Source: Pseudomonadota bacterium (GTDB lineage: Bacteria; Myxococcota_A; Polyangia; Polyangiales; JAFGIB01). From it: a DNA stretch of 63,282 nucleotides. The DNA lies in NCBI GenBank assembly GCA_017881185.1, contig JADGRE010000004.1:1-63282 (forward strand), read 5' to 3'. The position numbers were made by a program, and so were the translations under genes. Positions 28,125 through 35,900 of the stretch are shown here, one piece after another. Under the pieces are notes generated by a model. The model searched no databases, was not told the origin of the DNA, and saw only the letters and a list, made by a program, of their open reading frames with translations. Position 1 is the stretch's first letter. Every line of letters starts with the position of its first letter.

Positions 28125-31100
28125 ATGCTTGGCGCGCACGTGCCCAGCCAGCCACCCATCCGGACCGCGGCGCCGAGCCGGCGCCCACTTCGTGCCGTTC
28201 CGGTCGCGACACTCGCCATCGTGTGCAGTGCGGCGCTCGCCGGGTGTCCGTCGCGCGATCGCGCACCGGCACCGGCGGGCAGCGCCACAGCCACGAGCGC
28301 GACCAGCGGCAACGCGAGTGCGAGCTGTCCGGCACGCGTTGCCTCGGCTGCACTGCTGCCGGGCACGAGTGCCGCGCAAGCCGCGCTGGCGTACTGGCTC
28401 GCGCGCTACAGCCCGAGCGAGCTCGACGCCGCGCTCTTGGACGAAGCTGCCGTCGCCGACTACAACGCGACGATCGGCAAGCGACCCGGGCACGCGGTCT
28501 ACAGCCAGCAAGATCTTTCGGTGGCCGTCGACCCGCTGGTGCTGGCCAACGACGTGCGCGAGCGCCTGCGCCAGTTGCTGCCGCAGCTGACACGCGGCGA
28601 GCTGGTCGATCGTTCCGGTCATGCCCTGCCCCAAACGGCGCTCGCGGCGTTCAGCGAGCCACTGCCTGCGCTCTCACCCAGCCTGCGCGTGGTGCTCGCG
28701 CCGGTGACCTTGCGTTGCGGGCCGTACGAGGCGGCGTTGTTCAAGCCACCCATCGAGCCGAGCTACGACAAGAACGCTTGCGGCACGCTGCACGACCAAG
28801 AGCTGATTGAGTTACTCGGTCGCACGTCGGGCGGCATGCTGCTGGCGCGCTCGCGCTACTCGCTGGGTTGGCTCGACGGCAACGCAGCGTTGTCGCCAGC
28901 AGTGCCGGCGACACTCGTGGAGAGTTTCGTGCACGGGCCGCGGCTGCGCCTGTTGCACGCCCAGCAGCTGGGCGTGCGCAGCCCGCTGCAACTGCCCAAG
29001 CACACCACGCTGCCGGTGCCAGCAGATGGCGGCGTGCTCTTGGCCAGCGCAGCCGGCTTCGAGCACGCGCCCAGGCCCACTGACAGTCAGCCCACCGCGC
29101 GCACGCTCACGCGACGCGCGCTGCTCGAGGTGGCGTTCAGCCTGGCAGACTCTGCCTACGGCCTCGGCGGCGCCAACGCCGGCCGCGATTGCTCCGGCTT
29201 GCTGCTAGACGTCTTCGACGCATTCGACATCGCGCTGCCACGCTACAGCGGCTGGCAAGCCGAAACCGGTAGCTACACGGTCGACCTCAGCGGCGCGTCA
29301 GAACAAGAGAAGCTGCGCGCGCTCGTGCTCGCCGGACGAGCGGGCGCCGTGCTGATCTACTTCCCCGGGCACATCATGCTCTACCTCGGGCAGAACGAAC
29401 GCGGCACGCCCATGGCGCTACACGCGCTCGGCGAATATGCCACGCCCTGCCCCGGTGGCGGTGAGAGCGTAGTCGATGTGCAACGCACCGTTGTAAGCGA
29501 TCTCGAGCCAGGTCGCGGCAGCTCACGCAAGTCGTTCGTGGAGCGCATGACGCGCCTGGTGGTATTCGGCGCGCAACCGCCAGAGGCGCTACGCCCAGCG
29601 CTGGGCGGGCGCCCGGCGCCGCCACCTGTTGCACCGCTCGCAGGCACAGCATGCAACGACGGCGACGACGCACGTCTCTTCGTCTCGCCGCAGATCGCGC
29701 TGCGTGACGGCATGGTCCGCGCGATCGCCGTCAGTAGCCGGCCACTCGGAACGGCAACGCTGCGCATCTTCGACAGCGAGCACGCCGTGGTGCCCATCGA
29801 TCTGCAGCAGCTCGGCGGCAGCGGCCCACCGCAGGCCCTGGTCGCACGCATGGATCACCCGCGCGCCGGCCGCTACACCGCAGTGCTCGGCAGTGGCAGC
29901 GAGCTGGTCGCGTGCAAGCGTTTCACCGTGCACGACGCTCCACTCGCCATGCCCACCAGCGCGCCCGACGCGCTCATCTGGGAGCCGCACTGGCGCTGGC
30001 AGCGCGACACGGAAGGCCTGTGGTCGGCATTCATCGAGCAGCTGTTCGCTGGGCCGCCCGACGACGAGCAGACCTGGACCAACCTGCACGCGCTGCTCGC
30101 AGACCCCGCGCGCAACCTGCTCTACGACTACCTCGGACTGCATGAAGACGACGCGCTCAGCATCGCGCCCGACTGCGCCGACCTGCCCTACGCCTTGCGG
30201 GCGTACTTTTCGTGGAAGCTGAAGCTGCCCTTCGGCTTCCGCTCCTGCTCGCGTGGACGCGACCACGAGCCACCGACCTGTGGCGACCTGCGCACCACGC
30301 TGGAGCCGCGCCAGAAAGCGAACGAGGTCGACAACTTCGCGGACTACGTCAATCGCGTCGTGCGCAATGGCGTGCATTCGGCGACCGGCCGTACCGCACC
30401 CGACGACTCGGCCACTGATCTCTACCCGGTGGCCCTGGAGCGAGCGTCGCTGCCACCGGGCAGCGTGTACGCCGACCCGTACGGGCACGTGATGATGCTC
30501 TCGAAATGGTTTGCGCAGCGCACTGCGGGCGACGCCCACTACGGCGTGCTGATGGCGGCCGAAGCACAGCCCGACGGGACCATTGGCCGCCGACGCTTCT
30601 GGCAGGGCTCGTTCCTGTTCGACCCGAGCACCGAGAACGTGGGCGCGGGCTTCAAGCACTTTCGCCCACTCGAGTACGATCGCAAGACGCACACACTGCT
30701 TGCACCCGACAACGCAGCGTTGCATTCCGGCGCGGAGCTACCGGCGTGGAGCACGCAGCAATACCGCGGCAGCCGCGAAGACTTCTACGACCGCATGGAC
30801 GAGCTGATCAACCCGCAGCCGCTCGACCCCACCGAACGCCTGCACAGCCTGATCGATGCGCTCGAGGAGGCCGTGCGCCGACGCGTGTTGGCCGTGGACA
30901 ACGGCGAGCGCTACGCACACGACCACCCGCGAGGCGCGATCGAGATGCCGGTCGGGCGGACCATCTTCGAGACGGAAGGCGCGTGGGAAGACTACGCCAC
31001 GCCCTCGCGCGACATGCGCTTGCTCATCGCGATCGACACGGTGATCGAGCTGCCGGCGCGGGTCGCGCGCAAGCCCGAGCGCTTCGCCTTGCCACCCGGA

Positions 31101-31409
31101 ACCAACCCCGAGCAGGCCAGCACTGCCCTCGCGGCCGAGCAGGACCGCGAGCTGCGCGCGCGCTCCGTGACCTACACGCGCAGCGACGGTCAGCCGCAGA
31201 CGCTCAGCTTGCGCCAGGTCGTGGACCGCGCCGCCGCGCTCGAGCTCGCGTACAACCCGAACGACTGCGTCGAGCGGCGCTGGGGCGCGCCCGCGGCAAG
31301 CGCGGAAGCCGGCAGCTGCAAGCGCAATGCCCCGCCCGAGCAGCGCACCCGCATGCAGAGCTATCGCGTCTGGTTCCACACGCGTCAGCGACCCACCCGC
31401 GGACCATGA
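28125..31409 (+). CDS. Large lipoprotein: SH3b-type/NlpC-P60 peptidase plus a second papain-like Cys-His domain
   Basis: Lipobox LAGC; YGLGG...RDCSG...LPRYS, PGHIMLYLG, ALHA; later PDCADLPYALRAYF and YGHVMML. The start is uncertain (ATG 28125). Confidence 0.8.
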   Translation: MLGAHVPSQPPIRTAAPSRRPLRAVPVATLAIVCSAALAGCPSRDRAPAPAGSATATSATSGNASASCPARVASAALLPGTSAAQAALAYWLARYSPSELDAALLDEAAVADYNATIGKRPGHAVYSQQDLSVAVDPLVLANDVRERLRQLLPQLTRGELVDRSGHALPQTALAAFSEPLPALSPSLRVVLAPVTLRCGPYEAALFKPPIEPSYDKNACGTLHDQELIELLGRTSGGMLLARSRYSLGWLDGNAALSPAVPATLVESFVHGPRLRLLHAQQLGVRSPLQLPKHTTLPVPADGGVLLASAAGFEHAPRPTDSQPTARTLTRRALLEVAFSLADSAYGLGGANAGRDCSGLLLDVFDAFDIALPRYSGWQAETGSYTVDLSGASEQEKLRALVLAGRAGAVLIYFPGHIMLYLGQNERGTPMALHALGEYATPCPGGGESVVDVQRTVVSDLEPGRGSSRKSFVERMTRLVVFGAQPPEALRPALGGRPAPPPVAPLAGTACNDGDDARLFVSPQIALRDGMVRAIAVSSRPLGTATLRIFDSEHAVVPIDLQQLGGSGPPQALVARMDHPRAGRYTAVLGSGSELVACKRFTVHDAPLAMPTSAPDALIWEPHWRWQRDTEGLWSAFIEQLFAGPPDDEQTWTNLHALLADPARNLLYDYLGLHEDDALSIAPDCADLPYALRAYFSWKLKLPFGFRSCSRGRDHEPPTCGDLRTTLEPRQKANEVDNFADYVNRVVRNGVHSATGRTAPDDSATDLYPVALERASLPPGSVYADPYGHVMMLSKWFAQRTAGDAHYGVLMAAEAQPDGTIGRRRFWQGSFLFDPSTENVGAGFKHFRPLEYDRKTHTLLAPDNAALHSGAELPAWSTQQYRGSREDFYDRMDELINPQPLDPTERLHSLIDALEEAVRRRVLAVDNGERYAHDHPRGAIEMPVGRTIFETEGAWEDYATPSRDMRLLIAIDTVIELPARVARKPERFALPPGTNPEQASTALAAEQDRELRARSVTYTRSDGQPQTLSLRQVVDRAAALELAYNPNDCVERRWGAPAASAEAGSCKRNAPPEQRTRMQSYRVWFHTRQRPTRGP

Positions 31410-31454
31410 CCCCCCGCGTGGAGAGCGCTCGCGCTTTGAGCCAGCCACGCTAAG

Positions 31455-32888
31455 ATGCGCTGTCCAATGAGCTCTCTCGGTCGACGCGGGTTTCTGCAAG
31501 CCGGCGCAGCACTCACGCTGCTGCAGGCAAGCGACGCTCGCGCGCAGAGCACGCAACGCCGCAAGCTCGTACCTGATCCGAACGGCATCCTGGATCTGCC
31601 CCCAGGCTTCTCGTACCGGGTGCTGACGCATGCCGGCGAGCGCATGAGCGATGGCTACAGAACACCGGGCAATCCCGATGCGATGGGCGTGTTCTCTGGA
31701 CCGCACGGCGAGCTTGCGCTGATGCGCAACCACGAGGTCATGCCCGGCGATCGAGACAACGGGCCCCTGTCGCCCGGGCAAGCACCACCTCCCGAAGCCT
31801 ACGACCCGGACGGCGCAGGCGGCGTGACGCGCGTGCTGCTCGACCCGAACACGCTCGAGATCCGTCGCACCAACCTGGTGCTTGCTGGCACGCACTGGAA
31901 CTGCGCCGGTGGGTTGTCGCCGTGGGGCTGGCTCTCTTGCGAGGAGATCTTCTTTCCGCACCACGGCTACGTGTTCTTGTGCCCGACCGACGCCGATCAC
32001 GTCGTGCCTGCCAAGCCCATCAAACCCTATGGCCGCTTCCGCCACGAGGCCGCCACCGTCGACCCTCAGACACTCATCGCCTATCTCACTGAAGACATGG
32101 GCGACGCCGCATTCTACCGCTTCGTGCCGAACGACCGCGCGCAGCCCTTCGTGGGTAAGCTGCAAGCGCTGGCAGCGAAAGGGACCGACCGCTTCGACAC
32201 CGGCTACATGCAGCCGGGGCAACGCGTCGCGGTGCACTGGGTCGACGTACCCGAGAGCGATCCCGAAGACGACAACGTACGGTTGCAGGCCCACGAGCGC
32301 GGTGCAGCGCGCTTCTGGCGCACGGAAGGTCTGTGGTTGGCCGGTGGCGACGCCTACCTGTGCGCGACTGCCGGTGGCCCGATCGGTCGCGGCCAGGTCT
32401 TCCGGCTCCATCACAGTCCGCAAAGCGAGGCGTATCTCGAGCTCGTCACCCAAGCCACCGACACCGCCGTCCTCGACATGCCCGACAACATCACCGTGTC
32501 GCCGCACGGCCACGTCTACGTCGCCGAGGACGGACTCGAAGGCAATTTCCTGCGCCGCATCACGCTGGACGGCGGCGTGATCGACTTCGCGCGCAATGCC
32601 CTGAGCCTGAGCGAATTCGCGGGCCCGTGCTTTTCGCCCGACGGCAGGCACATGTTCGTGAACATCCAGCACGACGGCCTCACACTCGCCATCACCGGCC
32701 CGTTCGCCGACGAACCCGGCTTGCTCCCCGCTGGCGCGTCCCACGCGCGACATGCCGCAACTGCTCGGGGCGCTGGCCTGGCAGGCATCGGCGGCGGTCT
32801 GGCGGTGTTGGCGCTCGCCGCGCTCGCCCGCCGCAGACGCGCGCAGCGCGCAGCGCACCCACCTGAAGCGCGCAGCGCACCCACCTGA
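31455..32888 (+). CDS. phoX: PhoX-family alkaline phosphatase (DUF839), Tat-exported, with a C-terminal TM anchor
   Basis: GRRGFL Tat motif, RNHE, NCAGGLSPWGWLSCEE, GRFRHEA, MPDNITV and SEFAGPCFSPDG...FVNIQ. Confidence 0.88.
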   Translation: MRCPMSSLGRRGFLQAGAALTLLQASDARAQSTQRRKLVPDPNGILDLPPGFSYRVLTHAGERMSDGYRTPGNPDAMGVFSGPHGELALMRNHEVMPGDRDNGPLSPGQAPPPEAYDPDGAGGVTRVLLDPNTLEIRRTNLVLAGTHWNCAGGLSPWGWLSCEEIFFPHHGYVFLCPTDADHVVPAKPIKPYGRFRHEAATVDPQTLIAYLTEDMGDAAFYRFVPNDRAQPFVGKLQALAAKGTDRFDTGYMQPGQRVAVHWVDVPESDPEDDNVRLQAHERGAARFWRTEGLWLAGGDAYLCATAGGPIGRGQVFRLHHSPQSEAYLELVTQATDTAVLDMPDNITVSPHGHVYVAEDGLEGNFLRRITLDGGVIDFARNALSLSEFAGPCFSPDGRHMFVNIQHDGLTLAITGPFADEPGLLPAGASHARHAATARGAGLAGIGGGLAVLALAALARRRRAQRAAHPPEARSAPT

Positions 32889-32922
32889 AGCGCGCAGCGC
32901 ACCCACCTGAGGCGCGCAGCGC
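32846..32922 (+). repeat. 22-bp tandem repeat, about 3.5 copies
   Basis: GCGCGCAGCGCACCCACCTGAA at 32846, 32868 and 32890 (last base G), plus a partial copy at 32912. Confidence 0.95.
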
Positions 32923-32927
32923 CGAGC

Positions 32928-33668
32928 CTACCCGCCGAGCACTTGCAGATACTCGCGCACGGCCGTCGGCAAGCCCACGAAGATCGCGCGCGCGATCAGG
33001 GCGTGTCCGATGGAGACTTCTGCAAGCCCGGGCAGTGTGCGGAACAACGCGAGGTTGTCGAGGTCGAGGTCGTGTCCCGCGTTGATACCCAAACCCAAGC
33101 GCGTCGCAAGCTCGGCGGCAGCTGCGTAGCCCTCGAAGCTCTCGCGCGCGGCCGTATGCCCGCGCTCGAACGCGCGCGCATAGGGCTCGGTGTAAAGCTC
33201 CACGCGATCGGCGCCCAGGCGCTGCGCCCAGCTCACCGCCTGCGGCACGGGATCCACGAACACACTCACGCGAATGCCCTTGGCTCGTAGCGCGCTAACC
33301 TGCTGTTGCAACACGCTCGGGTCGGTGTCCGGGCTCCAGCCCGCTTCGCTCGTCAGCTCGAACGGACGCACCGGCACGAGTGTGGCCTGGTGCGGACGTA
33401 GTTCGTGCACCAGCTCGAGCCAGTCCGGCCGCGGGTCGCCTTCGATGTTCAGCTCGGCGGGCGCACCTTGCCAGTGCGCGATCAAGCGGGCGATATCGCG
33501 CACGTCGGCAGCGGTGATGTGTCGTGCGTCGGCGCGCGGATGCACGGTGATGCCGGCCGCACCCGCCTCGAGACTCGCGCGGGCGGCGTGCACCACGCTG
33601 GGCACCGCACCCCCGCGCGAGTTGCGCACGGTGGCCACCTTGTTCACGTTGACGCTGAGCAGAACCAC
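32928..33668 (-). CDS. pdxJ: Pyridoxine 5'-phosphate synthase
   Basis: LSVNVNKVATVRN, GITVHPRADARHI, LNIEG, INAGHDL and EVSIGHALI. Confidence 0.96.
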   Translation of the reverse strand: MVLLSVNVNKVATVRNSRGGAVPSVVHAARASLEAGAAGITVHPRADARHITAADVRDIARLIAHWQGAPAELNIEGDPRPDWLELVHELRPHQATLVPVRPFELTSEAGWSPDTDPSVLQQQVSALRAKGIRVSVFVDPVPQAVSWAQRLGADRVELYTEPYARAFERGHTAARESFEGYAAAAELATRLGLGINAGHDLDLDNLALFRTLPGLAEVSIGHALIARAIFVGLPTAVREYLQVLGG

Positions 33669-33709
33669 GGCGCTGGTCTACAACGCGCGGGCTGCGCGCG
33701 CTACTGGCT

Positions 33710-34127
33710 CTAACGGGTCTGCAAGGCCCGCCACAGCGCCTGCGGGTCGCAGACCACGGCCTCCACCGAGCCAAAGCGCAACACGTCACCGGAAGCCAGG
33801 CATGGAACTTCGAAACCGACTGATGGCGCGACACGATGTCTTGGTTACGCGCACGCCCGATCGAAATGCGATCGGTATACGTGCTGTCGTGAACGCGCTT
33901 GTCGAGCGTGGTGGCGTAGTGCGCCGCCTGCGCAATGCGCCGCCGCAACTCGGCCGCACCCGCGCCACCTGCGCGCTGCGCAACGCGAAGAGCCCGGCTT
34001 CGAGTTCGCCGCTCGGGTCGTCGAGCTTCACCAGCAGAAACGCGGTGCCCGCGTAGGCAGTGAGAAAGTCCGGGAGCGCTTGCCGCGTCGCAAGCGCCAC
34101 CAGATCTTCGGGGAGCAGGTGCAGCAT
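33710..34127 (-). pseudogene. FHA-domain protein pseudogene split across all three frames
   Basis: Frame A gives MLHLLPEDL...ELEAGL. Frame B gives AELRRRI...DRISIGRARNQDIVSRHQSVSKFHAW. Frame C gives SGDVLRFGSVEAVVCDPQALWRALQTR*. The FHA centre (xSxNGT) is missing. Confidence 0.8.
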
Positions 34128-34142
34128 GTCGATGCCGGAAGG

Positions 34143-34910
34143 CTAGCTCGATTGCGCCGCGACGTGACCCACGAAGAACGGACCCATCTGCTGCATGAAC
34201 TCCGCCGTCTGCCGTGTGCGCCGCATGGACTCCACGACGTGCGACAGCGGATGCAGCTCTTTGCCGACCAGGCCGATGACGAACTCATTGTCGTTGGCAT
34301 CGAGGCCGTAGCAGGCGAGGCGAACGTCGTGCGCGAGATCTTGCTCGCCGTACGCGCGGCCGATCTTCCCGTGCTCGGCCATGATCGCACCGCGCTCCTG
34401 CGGCGCCAGGCGCCCGAACGCGCCGATGCGCCGCAGCGGGTACCAGATGGCCCATGGCCACGCAGGGTTCACCACCGTCTGTCGCGGTCGATCGAGCAAC
34501 CAGAAGCGCAGGTCAGTCTCGAAGCCGGTCGCGTAGGTGCGACCGAGCATCGACAGCTCCGGCCGTGGGCGCAGACCGGACAAACCATCGGCCAGCACCG
34601 CTGGACGCGCGCGCGTCACGATGTCGGATGGGTCTTCGCTCCAGGTGAGGAGCGCGATGCCGCGAGGGTCGCTCAGGTCCTCGTAGAGCGTGAACGGGCT
34701 CTGGCGCGCGCGCAGCTCGGTCTCCAAACGGCGCAGCGCCACGGCAGGTGACAGCTCCGGCTCGCAGCTGAACGCCCACAGTTGCATGAACAGGCGCGTG
34801 TGCAGCACCTGCGGGTTGCCCGTGCGCTCGCCCGCGCGCTCCGACACGTCTACGGTCGGCAAGGCTTCAGGTGCGTGCGCATGCGCCGAGTCTTTGGGTC
34901 GCTCGCTCAT
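34143..34910 (-). CDS. Chlorite dismutase/coproheme decarboxylase (ChdC/HemQ) family protein
   Basis: YPLRR...ERGAIMAEHGKIG...YGLDANDNEFVIG...MR...TA; two ferredoxin-like halves. Confidence 0.82.
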   Translation of the reverse strand: MSERPKDSAHAHAPEALPTVDVSERAGERTGNPQVLHTRLFMQLWAFSCEPELSPAVALRRLETELRARQSPFTLYEDLSDPRGIALLTWSEDPSDIVTRARPAVLADGLSGLRPRPELSMLGRTYATGFETDLRFWLLDRPRQTVVNPAWPWAIWYPLRRIGAFGRLAPQERGAIMAEHGKIGRAYGEQDLAHDVRLACYGLDANDNEFVIGLVGKELHPLSHVVESMRRTRQTAEFMQQMGPFFVGHVAAQSS

Positions 34911-34941
34911 CCGCTCTCGATACCGCGCGCGGCCGCGTCTA

Positions 34942-35868
34942 TCAAGCCAGCTTGCGCTTGGTCGTCCGTTCTACTTTGTCGCGGGCCTTGCGCGGGCCCT
35001 TGAGCGTGCGCGCGGGTGTCGGCTCGGCTTCTGCAGCCGGAGCCGCTGGCGCGTTCAGCGCGCTGGCTGCCGCAGGCTTCACTTTGGCAGGCTCGCGCTT
35101 GGCATCGCGCAGGCTCTGCTTGAGCGCCTCGAACAAGTCGATGATCTGCGCTGCCGGCTGCTCCGGGGCGACCGTGATCTGGCTGCCGGCCGCCTTCTCG
35201 TCGGCGGCCTTGCGCACGCGCTCGGCATATTCGTCGTGGAACTGCTCGGGCGCGAACGCATCGGCCGACAGCTGCTCGATCAAGCGCGCTGCCAGGTCTT
35301 CCTCGCCCTGACTGAAGCGCTGGTCGGCGCCGAGCTCTACGTCGTCGTACGGACGCACTTCGTTCGCGTAGTAGACTTGGTGCAACACCAGGCCCTTCTT
35401 GTACGGCCGCAGCAGCACCAGCTGCACCTTGCCTCGCGACCAGTAGCGACCCACGGCGATGCGCTCCATGCGTCGCATCGCCTTGGTGAGCAGATTGAAC
35501 GCCTTGTCCCCGCCCTTGTCGGGACCGAGGTACTGGCTCTTCTCGATGTAGATGAAGTCGACGGTGCTCTCGGGCACGAACTGCACGAGGTCCAGGGTGG
35601 GGAAGCGCTCGGCGTCCAACGCGCGCAGCTCTTCCTCCGCGAACTGCACGTACTGGTTCTTCGCGATTTCGTAGCCCTTCACAATGTCGGTGCGCTCGAC
35701 GTACTCGTCGTCGACCGGACAGTAGAGCTTCTGTTTCAAGCGGCCGCCGCACTTCTTGTGCAGCTGATTGAAGTGCACGTCTTGAGCGCTCGTAGCGGTG
35801 TAGATCTTGACGGGAATCGAGACCAAACCGAACGAAATCGTCGTGGAACTGGTAGGGCGCGCGACCAT
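34942..35868 (-). CDS. ku: Non-homologous end-joining protein Ku
   Basis: ISFGLVSIPVKIYTA, FNQLH, IVKGYE and YL.PDKG; basic Ala/Pro/Lys C-terminal tail. Confidence 0.96.
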   Translation of the reverse strand: MVARPTSSTTISFGLVSIPVKIYTATSAQDVHFNQLHKKCGGRLKQKLYCPVDDEYVERTDIVKGYEIAKNQYVQFAEEELRALDAERFPTLDLVQFVPESTVDFIYIEKSQYLGPDKGGDKAFNLLTKAMRRMERIAVGRYWSRGKVQLVLLRPYKKGLVLHQVYYANEVRPYDDVELGADQRFSQGEEDLAARLIEQLSADAFAPEQFHDEYAERVRKAADEKAAGSQITVAPEQPAAQIIDLFEALKQSLRDAKREPAKVKPAAASALNAPAAPAAEAEPTPARTLKGPRKARDKVERTTKRKLA

Positions 35869-35900
35869 GCTCGTGCAAGGATAGCCGAGGGCCTGGGCCG

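Noticed and set aside
32846-32922. Possible mini-CRISPR
   Set aside because: The repeats are directly adjacent with no spacers, and there are no cas genes in the window.
33295-33948. 217-aa ORF as an intact gene
   Set aside because: Only about 50 codons are FHA-like; the rest runs out of frame through pdxJ. It is treated as part of the pseudogene.
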